Under the pieces are notes generated by a model, which did no database searches, was not told the origin of the DNA, and was given only the letters and a program-made list of their open reading frames with translations. From the IMG/VR virus record IMGVR_UViG_3300037484_000800, positions 1 to 43,256 of that record: a stretch of DNA of 43,256 nt. One strand, written 5' to 3'. Shown here one piece after another: positions 25,968-36,405 of this stretch. A program made the translations under genes and the position numbers. Position 1 is the stretch's first letter. Each line of letters starts with the position of its first letter. Source of the DNA: a virus. Its lineage: Duplodnaviria > Caudoviricetes.

Positions 25968-26343
25968 TATTATTTCCTTTCTTTGCAAATTTAGCAGCAA
26001 TAATATTATTCTTTGATTCAGGTTTAATAAATTTTTCATATAAACTTATATGTTGCTCATGCAATCTTTTATTTTTGTCTAAATTTTCAAATACTTTTTC
26101 CATTTCTTTTAAAACAAATTCTGGAATAAAAATTTCTTTTTCACCCAGGTTAGTTGCTTTTTTAGCATCCCACTTAAGATTGCTTTTTTCATTAAATCCT
26201 AAATCTATTTTTTGTATTTCATTTTCTTTAAAACTTAGATCTTCTTTTAATTTAGTAACAGCTTTTATATCTAAATAGCCGCCGTTAATTTCTTGTGGAA
26301 TTAGGTGCATAAAAGTTACTCTTTCCAAAACATTTAATTTCAA
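25945..26343 (-). CDS. Hypothetical protein
   Basis: GGAGG SD; late operon. Confidence 0.65.
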   Translation of the reverse strand: MKLNVLERVTFMHLIPQEINGGYLDIKAVTKLKEDLSFKENEIQKIDLGFNEKSNLKWDAKKATNLGEKEIFIPEFVLKEMEKVFENLDKNKRLHEQHISLYEKFIKPESKNNIIAAKFAKKGNNNGCNTHA

Positions 26344-26367
26344 AATAATCCTCCATAATTAAATATT

Positions 26368-26389
26368 ATAGGGGGCATAAGCCCCCTAT
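26368..26389 (-). terminator. Hairpin after the capsid-associated gene
   Basis: ATAGGGGGC-ATAA-GCCCCCTAT; weak U-tract. Confidence 0.55.
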
Positions 26390-26391
26390 TA

Positions 26392-27975
26392 CTAAGCGTC
26401 TACATTACTATTTAATAAAATATAATACGGTGTATCACCAATAATAATTCTTAATGAATGCGAAGCAGCGGCAGCAGTACACGTATCAAATATCTCACCA
26501 GCAGTGGCCGCGCCCAACCCTTGAATATTCATTAGATACCCGGAAACCTGGAAGGTAGCAATATCGGCGCCATTTGCAGAAAGATACATATATGATGTAC
26601 GAGTTCCAACAGCAGCGCCAGAGCCAAGATTTAATTCAACTTCAAGAGGAGCATAATTGCCGGAAGTTGTACCGGCAGATAAAGTCATTTCCGCGCAAAC
26701 AGCAGAACCCAAACCAGTTGTACTACCTGAAGCGCCATATGTAACTTCGCCTTTAAAAGCATTCGACCAGCCGCCTAATGCGACATTAGCCGTCATAAAT
26801 GCCCTTACTCTTCCGCCAACCTGCCCGGCGCCCGTAAGAGTTGTATAGAATAAAACAGGTTCAAAGGAAGTAGAAGCATTAGTAGAAGCACAAGTAGAAT
26901 AAACAGTAATTGCTTTATCACCGTCATAAGTTCTGGTTATTGGAGTTCCAGAAGTACCTGAAATAAAGCTACCAGTACCAACAACAACATCAGAGCTAGG
27001 CCCTAATATAAGTTGATCTCCGCTTTCATCCCATAATACATAGCTGCCGCTTGTTGCTCCAAAAAACTTGACATCGTAGCCAGTATCATCAACTCCTACG
27101 GTTACAGTTCCCGTGAAAGTCGTATTAATAACATGACTTGCGACTCCAATGTTAAAAGCCTCTGAAGCGCCAACAGCAGCAAGAATAAGACAGTCAGTAG
27201 CAGAAGCAGTATCCCATTCAAGTGTAACGTCGCCTGCGTTTGTCGTTCCATTTCCAAACTTAATATAGTCGTCATCGCCGATAAGAAAATCGACGCCAAC
27301 TGTATATACTAAATTAGCGGAAGCATCAAAATAAACATAGCTTGCTCCACTTGCTTCATTGGCGTACCACTTGATATCAAAGGATTTTTGTGTGGCAGCA
27401 GAGTCGCCAATTTCAATTAACGAATCGTCAGCCGCGGCTGAAACAATCAAGTTTATTGAATCCCAGGTTACTGATACATCACTACCGCTTCCAAAGACAA
27501 GGCTGTCATTATCGGCGAAAAGGGTATCAGATCCTTCAATCCATTGTCCGGTTAAAAATACATTATGCGTAGTTGAGGTTGTGGTTGCTGTAACATTGAC
27601 AGCAAACTCCCCTTTAGCCCCTGAATAATCGGCTCCGGCATCAGCCACAGCACCGCTTTTAATTTTGAGTGCATGTCCGGCGGATACCGACAAAGAAGCG
27701 GTAATTATACTTGCGCAGTAACCAAAAACCTGCAATTCTCCAATTGCTCCTGACGCAATAGCCACGGCCGGAAAGCCGATCATGTATTCTCCGGTATCAC
27801 CAGTTAAAGCCGCTGTTACATACCCATATTCATCCAGAATTATTTTATAGGGAGTTTTAGCAGTTAAAGCAGCATGCGCTACTACTGTATACCATTTTTT
27901 ACCGTTACCATCTACCCGCGGTTCCGGTGGAGTCTTTTGATATGTATTATTAAAATCAAAAATTATATTACCCAT
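26392..27975 (-). CDS. Capsid decoration/head-fibre-like protein
   Basis: Directly after the MCP; Ala/Gly/Ser/Thr-rich beta protein. Confidence 0.55.
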   Translation of the reverse strand: MGNIIFDFNNTYQKTPPEPRVDGNGKKWYTVVAHAALTAKTPYKIILDEYGYVTAALTGDTGEYMIGFPAVAIASGAIGELQVFGYCASIITASLSVSAGHALKIKSGAVADAGADYSGAKGEFAVNVTATTTSTTHNVFLTGQWIEGSDTLFADNDSLVFGSGSDVSVTWDSINLIVSAAADDSLIEIGDSAATQKSFDIKWYANEASGASYVYFDASANLVYTVGVDFLIGDDDYIKFGNGTTNAGDVTLEWDTASATDCLILAAVGASEAFNIGVASHVINTTFTGTVTVGVDDTGYDVKFFGATSGSYVLWDESGDQLILGPSSDVVVGTGSFISGTSGTPITRTYDGDKAITVYSTCASTNASTSFEPVLFYTTLTGAGQVGGRVRAFMTANVALGGWSNAFKGEVTYGASGSTTGLGSAVCAEMTLSAGTTSGNYAPLEVELNLGSGAAVGTRTSYMYLSANGADIATFQVSGYLMNIQGLGAATAGEIFDTCTAAAASHSLRIIIGDTPYYILLNSNVDA

Positions 27976-27985
27976 TGAAACCTCC

Positions 27986-28927
27986 TTATTTCGTATAGTC
28001 CAGCGCGGTTAACTTAAAGTTTGTTCTCCGATCTAAACATTCCAATTGGCCAATGAACTCCATCATATTAGTAAGAGTTCCCTTCATACCGTTTTGATAC
28101 ATATCTTCCCAGCCGTTGATATCAAAATTATAGTCAGGATGTCTGATTAGCTTAAACTGTTTAAGGTTAAGTCCATACCAGAAACCAGCAGGACAATAAT
28201 TGTCTGCAGTAACCGGCTTTCCACGGTAAGCAGCTGTCTGAAAGCCTGCTTTAAGCAAGTCTTCATCACCATACCGACGCGCTCCATCGTATATAGCACA
28301 GAATTTGTCCCATAAGTCCGGGGTAGTAAGGTGAAAGCTTGGCCCTTCATTCTTAAACGTACAGCGAGCTATATAATAGTTCAGTGAATACTGGCCTGTA
28401 ATAATAAGAGTTGTTGTTGTTGAGTTTTCCTGGGAAGCCCAGTTTGCTGCATCGGAAGGAGAAATTCCTGCATAAGACGAAGAAGAATCGACAATAGTCG
28501 ATAAAGCCTCCAAGGGATTCTCATTGGTGCTTTGGGTGTATAAATCGGTTGCCATCTGGTCGGTAATATCTTCCTGCATTTCTTTAAGTTTATCAGCCAT
28601 AAGATCTATAATTTCACCTTTGCCGGCGTTATAAATTTTTTCATCTTTTGTGATCATAGCGTCGCCGATATAATCAGCCCAGTTTAATACACCCTTAGTA
28701 CGTGTATCTTTTTTTCCGAAATTCCATTGTTCACGGAAACCAACAGACTTAGCACGGTCTAATTTTTGGTAACGAACTGGAAACGAAATAAATCGTCCGC
28801 CGTCAACAACCCTGCCCATTTTCTTTAGTTTTAAAAAAATGGCAGAAAAGTCGTAAGCGCATTCTTTCATCGTATCGTAGTAGTATTCCTTCGATACGGA
28901 TTCAGCTTCTAAATAAGTAAGAGCCAT
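27986..28927 (-). CDS. Major capsid protein
   Basis: 313 aa after the scaffold; GGRFISFPVRY, YAGIS and GFQTAAYRGKPVTADNYCP pattern. Confidence 0.8.
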   Translation of the reverse strand: MALTYLEAESVSKEYYYDTMKECAYDFSAIFLKLKKMGRVVDGGRFISFPVRYQKLDRAKSVGFREQWNFGKKDTRTKGVLNWADYIGDAMITKDEKIYNAGKGEIIDLMADKLKEMQEDITDQMATDLYTQSTNENPLEALSTIVDSSSSYAGISPSDAANWASQENSTTTTLIITGQYSLNYYIARCTFKNEGPSFHLTTPDLWDKFCAIYDGARRYGDEDLLKAGFQTAAYRGKPVTADNYCPAGFWYGLNLKQFKLIRHPDYNFDINGWEDMYQNGMKGTLTNMMEFIGQLECLDRRTNFKLTALDYTK

Positions 28928-28951
28928 TAATAACCTCCAATATACGGCAGG

Positions 28952-29833
28952 TTATTTGTTCTTTTCAGCCTCTTGAGCAGCCATCCGCGCTTCGTCAATT
29001 GAGCGGAAAGCTTTTGGTTTTCCACCAGCTTTAGAGCCCTCGGAAGAAACAAGTTTTCCTGCCTGTTTTTTCTGGAGTTTCTGGGTAAATTCTCTTTGTT
29101 CCCCTACGGGGTCATAAGAACGTCCCTTGTGAGCATAGTGAAGAATTTCCATTAAAGCATCGATACTATTAGCGCTTAAAAGCTCGTCGTATGATTTTTG
29201 AACTGAATCTTTATCAAAGTCTTCATACATTAAAGCCATTTTATTAAAAGCTTCTTCTTGTTGAGTCTTGGCATAATTTTCGTTTTCCCACTGTTCGATC
29301 TTTTTAAACTTATCACCATATTTCTGGTCAATAAGTTTTTCGATAGCAGATTGATCGAATCCGGAATTACCCTGGTCCCGTAATTGTTTTAAATACGGGT
29401 AGAGTTTAGGATTTTGACGGATAATTTTATCATATGTTGCCATCTCTTCTTTATCACGCTTCATCTGTTCTTGCCATTCCCGCCGTTCTTTTTCTAAAGT
29501 TTGGCGGTCTTGCTCATGTTGCTTTTTTTGTCCTGATAAGTCAGCAGTTTTTTTGGAATAATCACTACGCATCATATAAGATTGCTTCCAGGCTTTATTA
29601 AGTTCTTCTTTTGTTTTAAAAGCGTCGCCTGTTTCAGGGTGCTTATAAAAATAAGATTCGCTTACCGACTGTTTTGCAGACGGAATTTTTGCCGTAGCAA
29701 CCGGTTCACCTTGTCCGCCTTCGGCGGGGGCTGGCTCGCCTTGTCCTTCTAAATCTACTAGTCCATCTTCACCGGCGAACCACTGAAGATTGACAAGAGG
29801 ATATAAGGGGGCTTTCCCATTTTCATAAATCAT
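28952..29833 (-). CDS. Scaffolding protein
   Basis: YMMRSDYSKKT motif, coiled coil, position; N-terminal NLQWFA. Confidence 0.75.
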   Translation of the reverse strand: MIYENGKAPLYPLVNLQWFAGEDGLVDLEGQGEPAPAEGGQGEPVATAKIPSAKQSVSESYFYKHPETGDAFKTKEELNKAWKQSYMMRSDYSKKTADLSGQKKQHEQDRQTLEKERREWQEQMKRDKEEMATYDKIIRQNPKLYPYLKQLRDQGNSGFDQSAIEKLIDQKYGDKFKKIEQWENENYAKTQQEEAFNKMALMYEDFDKDSVQKSYDELLSANSIDALMEILHYAHKGRSYDPVGEQREFTQKLQKKQAGKLVSSEGSKAGGKPKAFRSIDEARMAAQEAEKNK

Positions 29834-29842
29834 TAGAAACTC

Positions 29843-30157
29843 CTATTTAAGTAACATATCTAAACTAGGTTCTTCACCTTGTCCTTGCGGGGGCATCGAA
29901 CCTTGATTTGCCATATTTTTAGCTTTTTGCATTGGGTTGGCGTTTTTCACCTGATTTTTCCCGAACTCAAAAAGCTTTTCTTTTGGATCTTCCGGCTTGA
30001 GTCCTACCTGGGCCAGAACATCCGCAATTGTCACTACATCCTCGCCAAATTTCCCTTCCTGGGACATCATGGTTAGATCTGTGGGATTTAACATACTCAT
30101 GCTGCCCGCTAACGGGTCAGCTGGTTTTCCGCCCATAGGCGGCATCATTCCAGGCAT
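29843..30157 (-). CDS. Hypothetical Met/Pro/Gln-rich protein
   Basis: AGGAG SD; between portal and scaffold. Confidence 0.65.
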   Translation of the reverse strand: MPGMMPPMGGKPADPLAGSMSMLNPTDLTMMSQEGKFGEDVVTIADVLAQVGLKPEDPKEKLFEFGKNQVKNANPMQKAKNMANQGSMPPQGQGEEPSLDMLLK

Positions 30158-30167
30158 AAATACTCCT

Positions 30168-31988
30168 TTATGCTGCTACAGTCGGCAGCGGGCCGGGTGG
30201 AGCCGGCTGTTGCATTGTTTTGGCTTCTTTTTTCTTTTTATTAAGCCGTTCCATTATTTTACCGCGTATTGGTATTTTGAAAATTTCAAGCAAAGATTCA
30301 GCATCAATAACACTATTTTCCGTAAGTTGTACATTAGCTAACTGTAAGAACAAGTTTGCCATGCTTTGTTTATCAAGCGGTAAAGTGCTATTTGTCTCGA
30401 TTGTTATATCAAAATCAGCGTAAACTTGATCTTCTTCACCAAAAACTTCGATAAACTTCTTGTAATCTTCCTCGCGCATTTCAAATTCTTCTACTTCTGC
30501 ATCGTTTTGCGGTTCTTCGTCGAGTGGTTTTAAGGTTGCACCTACAAACTCTTTGGTATTACTGATTTCTTTATAGTCGATATTCTCTCCACGTTTTACG
30601 TTTATATTTCTGATTTCCGGTCCGTAATTTTGTTGCATTAAAGACACGACCAAATAGCAAAGTCTTTTAATTGCCCATTCCAAATTTCGTACTCTTTGCC
30701 GGGTACGGGTATAAGCTGTTTCAACCAATGTCGCAATCTCTCTGGCCGACTGGCGCTGTTTTTTTTCAGATACTCCTTTAGTAATATCAGTTACCCCGGT
30801 AACCTCTTCGATAGCCGATGCAATATAATTAAGTACATCGGTTGCCGTTCTGTTAATCGGTTTCACTTCAATTTCTTCTGGAGGTTCCGTTCCTGGCACT
30901 ATCGCAAAATAGTTTCCGCCACCAGGTGCTTCTTTTTTCCAGGTTTCAGCATCTATGCCGTTATTGGCATCTCCGGAAAAATTAGGATCGGCATACCGGC
31001 GGACATGGTTACATATCTTTTGAAGTATTAGGTTAAATTCTTTATGAAGATCTTCAATTTGATCACATTCTCCGTTGCCCATAAACTTAAACGGCACTTT
31101 ATAGTCATACTGAATAACATACGGCGGTTTTCCGTGAAGAAAAGGAGAAGGCCTATCGTCCAAAGGTTTGTCGTAGCCTTCACCAAAGGTTATTAGCCGG
31201 CCATGCGGATATTTGGGCATCTGTTTCTTTACTTTTTCAACTGCCCTTGCTTCAATTCCTTTATCATTACGAACTGTTTTTTCTTCTTCAATAATAGACT
31301 CGATTGCCGTATCATCTTTAATCCAACCAGTATAAATTGTCACAAATCTATTCGAAAGCTCTATATCTTCTTTTTTAGCAAAATCTTCCTGGAACTCATC
31401 GTCTTTATCCGGCTTAAGGTTCATCCATTCGTCTGGAAATTTTTCTTTTACCCAGGAGAGAGGCTTCTTTAATTTTTCAAAGCACCAGGGAGCCTTCCAG
31501 GGGTCGGTATACCCAGGAGCGATCATAAAAGTTCTTGGGTCTACGACTTCAATACAAACATCTCCAAAATCTCCATTGTCTGCATCAAAGTAGACTTTAT
31601 AAATACCAATCTTGGCAATCAAAGAAGAAAGTGTACAATCAAAGATTTTCATATCAATTTCTTCTTTATCCCAGAAATATTCCAGCGCATAGTCATACAA
31701 TTGCATATAGCGTTGTATATAGTAGTCCCTGGACCGTACCCCCCAAACCGGCTTATTATCGGTTAAAGTAGGAGCAATTGTCATAACAGTTGAAAAAATA
31801 TAATTAACCTGTGCCTTAGTGTCTGTTTCCGGGATATTCTCTTTATTCCAGAGTTCTCCCTCAAACATCTTAAGATACCGGTTCATTTTTTTTCTGGCAT
31901 TTACGTATTCTTTAGAATCGTAGACTTTATTAAGAGTCTCACGGAGTTTTTTAATTGTTAGCTCGCTTTTCTCGTTTTTACTGCTCAA
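30168..31988 (-). CDS. Portal protein (P22-like)
   Basis: 606 aa after TerL; VVDPRTF and EEVTGVTDITKG motifs. Confidence 0.8.
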   Translation of the reverse strand: MSSKNEKSELTIKKLRETLNKVYDSKEYVNARKKMNRYLKMFEGELWNKENIPETDTKAQVNYIFSTVMTIAPTLTDNKPVWGVRSRDYYIQRYMQLYDYALEYFWDKEEIDMKIFDCTLSSLIAKIGIYKVYFDADNGDFGDVCIEVVDPRTFMIAPGYTDPWKAPWCFEKLKKPLSWVKEKFPDEWMNLKPDKDDEFQEDFAKKEDIELSNRFVTIYTGWIKDDTAIESIIEEEKTVRNDKGIEARAVEKVKKQMPKYPHGRLITFGEGYDKPLDDRPSPFLHGKPPYVIQYDYKVPFKFMGNGECDQIEDLHKEFNLILQKICNHVRRYADPNFSGDANNGIDAETWKKEAPGGGNYFAIVPGTEPPEEIEVKPINRTATDVLNYIASAIEEVTGVTDITKGVSEKKQRQSAREIATLVETAYTRTRQRVRNLEWAIKRLCYLVVSLMQQNYGPEIRNINVKRGENIDYKEISNTKEFVGATLKPLDEEPQNDAEVEEFEMREEDYKKFIEVFGEEDQVYADFDITIETNSTLPLDKQSMANLFLQLANVQLTENSVIDAESLLEIFKIPIRGKIMERLNKKKKEAKTMQQPAPPGPLPTVAA

Positions 31989-32214
31989 TTAAATTATTCT
32001 CCCGCATGTAGTTTTTTTTGTCTTTTTCTGTATCACAATATTTTCCTAAAGATTCATTCCATCCATAAAAAAACTTAAACTTAAAAGGCGTAGGATAAAA
32101 CTTTAATCTTGCAGGTTTACCGCAATCCGAACAGTTTAATTTATGTTTATCATTTGGTTTCTGGATCACTTCATGAATTTTATTACAAGATTCACACAAA
32201 TATTCGTACCTCAT
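31978..32214 (-). CDS. FmdB-like zinc-ribbon protein
   Basis: YEYLCESC...CSDCG. Confidence 0.75.
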   Translation of the reverse strand: MRYEYLCESCNKIHEVIQKPNDKHKLNCSDCGKPARLKFYPTPFKFKFFYGWNESLGKYCDTEKDKKNYMRENNLIEQ

Positions 32215-33923
32215 GCTGCTTCCTCGTTTTGAAAATAATTATCCCAAACTTTAGACTTGCGCTTGCCTTGTAATTTTTCTTCCAGAGTAAGTTCATACGA
32301 TTTCTTTTTACTAAAAAGCGGTTCTTTCCAATATTGCATCGCAAACTTTTCAATTGTGTAGAAAAGCATACTGGCGGCGTCTACCTGGTCGTCTGTATCG
32401 CCGGTTTGTCCGGTGAACATTTCCATTTGCTGAATAAGGCCAGTGCAAGATTTTTGTACGGCCAGTTTCCCTTCCCGTACAAAAGCTCCCATAGTCAGGT
32501 TAACTCTATCGCCCTTACTTTTAGTCCTGGAAATTGGTATTGGCAGTACATTACACGGTACCATTTCTTTATTAACTTTTTGGTATTCCTGAATTTTTAA
32601 ATCAAGTAAATACTGAAAAGATTCCTGTAAGCCTAATTCAATCCCCACCTGTACTGGCCGATACTGTAAGCATTTTTTAATAATAAAATCGGCCAGTTTA
32701 TTCGGCTTCTTTTTAAATCCGATACTCTCCACAATCCAGATAAACCCCGATTTATCCAGGGCAGCAATTACAACGCCAGTTGTATCGGAATACGAGTTTA
32801 CTGTCGGCGCCGGGTCGACCGTAATATAATAAGCGTATTCCTGTTCTTTCGGCAATTCTAAATAAGTCGGTATCGGCGGAGCAAAAATCTTATCTTCAAT
32901 AGGCGACGGGTCAAGGTTATACTGGCAGTTAAAAATATATCTGCCTTGCCTTTGAAGCATTTTTTCCAGATATTTTTCCGTAAAGTACGAATAAATTATT
33001 TTTCCATTTTCCCGGACTCTACGGATAAAAATATGATTTTTATCAATATGCTCTTCCCGGATAATGGTATTATACAAATCATTATAATGGTAAAAGGTTC
33101 CGATTATTGTCATGGTTCCTGTTGGTTCCATTATCGACTGCATATGACGGTACCAATCCATAACCTTCTGCATCTGTTCCAACGTAGTAATTGAATCTTT
33201 ATCAATTACATCATCAAAATAAATTATATCAAAGTGAAAACCGGTAATCTTTTTACCCTCACCGACTACCGTAATTTGCGCACCTTGGGGAACAAAGCCT
33301 AATTCTGGTATTCGCTTCAAAGTTAAACACTGCGCATTCGACTCTTCCCAACCCTTATAATCTTTTTTAGGGTCAGGTATAATGTCAGGAAAAAGCCGCC
33401 TTAAAATAGGTGTGGCAAATATACTTTTAATATCCGCCAATTCTGTTTCCACAAGAGTGGAAGTAACAGAACAAAGACAAATACGAATATTAGGATTATT
33501 TAAAACCCTCTGTACTATTTCAAGTTTTATCCAGGTACTTTTTAACGTCCCACGCGGCAAAAGAAGCATCTTGTCACAATCCTGTTGCAGTTGCCAAGCC
33601 ATCCAGGAATGTAGCTTCTGGTCTATCCTCCGACGTTTATTCTTGGGGTCGATATACTCTCTCCATTTTAGTATTACCGCTCCCAAAAAATACAAGTCAT
33701 TTAAGCACTTCCATCGTAGCCATTCATCATAAGCCAACTCAAGAATCGTCTCTTGCCGGGCATCCAACATTTGATTGATTCGTTCTGGTGTAGTATCAAC
33801 CAATGCCGCTTTCTCAATAAAATCTTTCCGGACTTCCGCTACAATCTCATTGTACTTTCTCTTGTCTACAAGAGTCATTTCAGGAGCAGTATCAATTGTA
33901 GGTTCTTTTACGGTTGTACTCAT
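32211..33923 (-). CDS. terL: Terminase large subunit
   Basis: LPRGTLKST Walker A, ITGFHFDIIYFDD Walker B, VDPA and DDQVDA nuclease motifs. Confidence 0.9.
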   Translation of the reverse strand: MSTTVKEPTIDTAPEMTLVDKRKYNEIVAEVRKDFIEKAALVDTTPERINQMLDARQETILELAYDEWLRWKCLNDLYFLGAVILKWREYIDPKNKRRRIDQKLHSWMAWQLQQDCDKMLLLPRGTLKSTWIKLEIVQRVLNNPNIRICLCSVTSTLVETELADIKSIFATPILRRLFPDIIPDPKKDYKGWEESNAQCLTLKRIPELGFVPQGAQITVVGEGKKITGFHFDIIYFDDVIDKDSITTLEQMQKVMDWYRHMQSIMEPTGTMTIIGTFYHYNDLYNTIIREEHIDKNHIFIRRVRENGKIIYSYFTEKYLEKMLQRQGRYIFNCQYNLDPSPIEDKIFAPPIPTYLELPKEQEYAYYITVDPAPTVNSYSDTTGVVIAALDKSGFIWIVESIGFKKKPNKLADFIIKKCLQYRPVQVGIELGLQESFQYLLDLKIQEYQKVNKEMVPCNVLPIPISRTKSKGDRVNLTMGAFVREGKLAVQKSCTGLIQQMEMFTGQTGDTDDQVDAASMLFYTIEKFAMQYWKEPLFSKKKSYELTLEEKLQGKRKSKVWDNYFQNEEAA

Positions 33924-34195
33924 TATTTAGGTGCTTTTATAATATGATATAAATTGCCATAATTATCTTTTGCGAAAATGTAACCTTCCGGGGGAAATTT
34001 AAAACTATCGCCACGCCCGTCATTCGTTGCAGGGTCGAAAGTAATGTCGAAAATAATGCCTTTTTTAAGCTTTATGCCGGCATACGTATTTGATTTAGTG
34101 CCGGCTTGTAGAATTTTGCTAAGCTTTTGACATAGGTAACTCTTAATACTATTCAGGAGTCCCACAGTCCACCTCCCCCGTACCCTCTTGCCCAT
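33923..34195 (-). CDS. Hypothetical protein
   Basis: ORF between TerS and TerL. Confidence 0.5.
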   Translation of the reverse strand: MGKRVRGRWTVGLLNSIKSYLCQKLSKILQAGTKSNTYAGIKLKKGIIFDITFDPATNDGRGDSFKFPPEGYIFAKDNYGNLYHIIKAPK

Positions 34196-34745
34196 CGTCC
34201 TTTGAATCGCTAGTGCATACGCTAGCGCGTAACTGTTTGTAGAACCGCTTGCGCAGCTGCTCGTACTCGCTTACTGCTATTTGTTTCGCGGCATCCACTG
34301 TTGCATAGGTACCATCCATCCTGTTAAGGATGTCTGCTGCCTTATTACGCTCATTAAATGTTGGCTCGGTCTCTATCACCTGGTCTACTACCAGCTCCCT
34401 ACTAGCCTCACCACCTGCAGCACCTGTATCCTCTGTGTCACCTAGCTTTGCCATACGGTAGATTGTCGTCTTGCGTCGTTGCTCACCTTTGAGTGTAAGC
34501 GCTAGCTGCCTGACACGATCCTGGACTCCGCACCCGTACTGGTCGAGTATCTCTTGTATAGCCGTCTTGACCCTATCGCGACTTATCACGCGATGCCCTT
34601 GTACCTCTGCGGTGCCTACGGTGACGTGTGGTCTAATAACTCTATAGGACTGTGTGGCATTATTGTATGTCTTGGGATTATCCTGGTCTGTAATAGCCGC
34701 GACAAATGATTGCTCTAATATATCCAGATTAGCCATTATCTCCAC
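34149..34745 (-). CDS. terS: Terminase small subunit
   Basis: NATQSY...TAEVQGHRV HTH-like region, KAADILNRMDG; upstream of TerL. Confidence 0.7.
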   Translation of the reverse strand: MEIMANLDILEQSFVAAITDQDNPKTYNNATQSYRVIRPHVTVGTAEVQGHRVISRDRVKTAIQEILDQYGCGVQDRVRQLALTLKGEQRRKTTIYRMAKLGDTEDTGAAGGEASRELVVDQVIETEPTFNERNKAADILNRMDGTYATVDAAKQIAVSEYEQLRKRFYKQLRASVCTSDSKDDGQEGTGEVDCGTPE

Positions 34746-34968
34746 CTATAGCGCCTGCAATATAGCGCTCGCTGTAATTATACGTAGGGTCAATCATTAA
34801 AATACTATACTCCCCCTCACAATTGACTACTCTCTCGATGTCAACTATCTGCATTACATCGACCTGCTGCAGGACTGGCAGTTGATACGACACATTGAGC
34901 CGTTGCTGCTGTACCTGGCTATAATTGCCCATACTCATTATCTCCATATGCATTTTACCCTACCCCGC

Positions 34969-35017
34969 AAATAAAAAAGGCAATAGCTATCAGGATTGAT
35001 ACCTGATAGCTATTGCC
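34969..35017 (-). terminator. Strong intrinsic terminator in the late leader
   Basis: Perfect 16-bp stem GGCAATAGCTATCAGG/CCTGATAGCTATTGCC followed by TTTTTTATTT on the - strand. Confidence 0.8.
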
Positions 35018-35065
35018 GATGTAGAGGTAAGATTGGATTGGATAGGATGCAATAACCTAATCTAT

Positions 35066-35094
35066 ACCATATCGTAATATCTCCAATATGTCAA
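35066..35094 (-). promoter_or_regulatory. Putative late promoter
   Basis: TTGACA-17 bp-TATGGT on the - strand. Confidence 0.5.
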
Positions 35095-35164
35095 TAGTAC
35101 TTATTGATTGTTTAGTATTTTCATTAAAAAATAATCAATAATTATAAAATAATTATTGATACGC

Positions 35165-35220
35165 TTGACAGCGTGATAACACTATGCTATACTCATATTA
35201 TAGCACAATAATAGTGCTAT
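35165..35220 (+). promoter_or_regulatory. Near-consensus sigma70 promoter with downstream inverted repeat
   Basis: TTGACA(35165)-17-TATACT(35188); ATAGCAC-N7-GTGCTAT at 35200-35220. Confidence 0.75.
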
Positions 35221-35262
35221 CAAAAAAACGTTGGCGAACAAAAACGCATAGGGAGATACATT

Positions 35263-36057
35263 ATGAAAGAATCAGACAAGTACAAGTACGACAAAGCAAA
35301 AAAACATGGCCAAAAAGTGACTCAAAAATCTATTATGGAAAAACGCCTATTACGCCGTACGTATAGTGCTACACCCTCCCTCGAGGATGTATGTACTAAG
35401 AAAAAAAAAGAGTTTGACAAAAAAATAGAGACTATCCTCTATAATAGATTTCAGTACGCATTAGCGTACTCAAAAAATCCCGCACACGGCACGGACACAT
35501 TTTGCCTGTCCTCTGACAGTAATTTTGCATATCGCTATAATCAGTATCAGGGCGACAGATATAGCAATAAGTGTACCTATCGTATTTTGATCACTGATAG
35601 GTATTTGTCAATTCCAGCCGGATCTCGTCGACCAGCCCTTGACGTTTGCGACAATATCCCCAATTTGGCCGCAAAAAAAATACACACAATTAGAAATTGC
35701 GATGTATACGCAGCCATATGGCTGCAAAATGCAAAAGGCTTTGACTGCAAAATCGTCAATGGTTTTATCGCTAAAAAAGGTGATCTGACATATCATGCCA
35801 CCACGATCAAAAAAGCCGTTTTAGGCGTCCTAAAAAAAGAAAATCGTACATCAGTCCCTACAAAAATCACTCTCGAAACCCGGATGACACGGAGGCTGTA
35901 TCACGCCATCACAGGCGCATGTTATGTCGGCATTGACGATTTTTTAGCTCGTCATAATATATCATACAAATCTATGACAGTCAAGGATTTACTACCATTT
36001 TTGGAAAAAACCGAAACCTGGGGTTTGTCAGTGCTCAAAAAAAATATATCAGTCTAA
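35263..36057 (+). CDS. Hypothetical basic protein
   Basis: GGGAG SD; 264 aa. Confidence 0.75.
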   Translation: MKESDKYKYDKAKKHGQKVTQKSIMEKRLLRRTYSATPSLEDVCTKKKKEFDKKIETILYNRFQYALAYSKNPAHGTDTFCLSSDSNFAYRYNQYQGDRYSNKCTYRILITDRYLSIPAGSRRPALDVCDNIPNLAAKKIHTIRNCDVYAAIWLQNAKGFDCKIVNGFIAKKGDLTYHATTIKKAVLGVLKKENRTSVPTKITLETRMTRRLYHAITGACYVGIDDFLARHNISYKSMTVKDLLPFLEKTETWGLSVLKKNISV

Positions 36058-36162
36058 CCCCATCCAGCCCGGCAATCCGGGCACATGGCCAGCACACGGA
36101 GCGTCCGGGCAACAGCCCACGCCTGGCCGGGTAACGCTAATGCCAAAAAATGGAGGAAGAAA

Positions 36163-36400
36163 CATGGAAACAAAACAAGCTAACGAATCAGAAAACAAAA
36201 AAAATGAAACATCTATCAACCTATCTGCCATGGTTGTAGGTGATCGAGCTGTCTACGATAACCAGGTCGTCGAGCTGCGAGACCAGGGTCGTCAGGGAGG
36301 GACAGAGTTTGACCTGTGGTTGGCCTATGTCGGCGAGTCCTGCGAGTTTAATACGGATTATCCCCCCCTGGTTGTTGACCGCGATGATGTAAGCATCTAG
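36163..36400 (+). CDS. Hypothetical acidic protein (start approximate, METKQ)
   Basis: GGAGG SD before the second ATG of track ORF 36140..36400. Confidence 0.6.
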
Positions 36401-36405
36401 CCCAC

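Noticed and set aside
34729-34953. 74-aa ORF upstream of terS
   Set aside because: No SD or recognisable motif; cannot be supported from sequence alone
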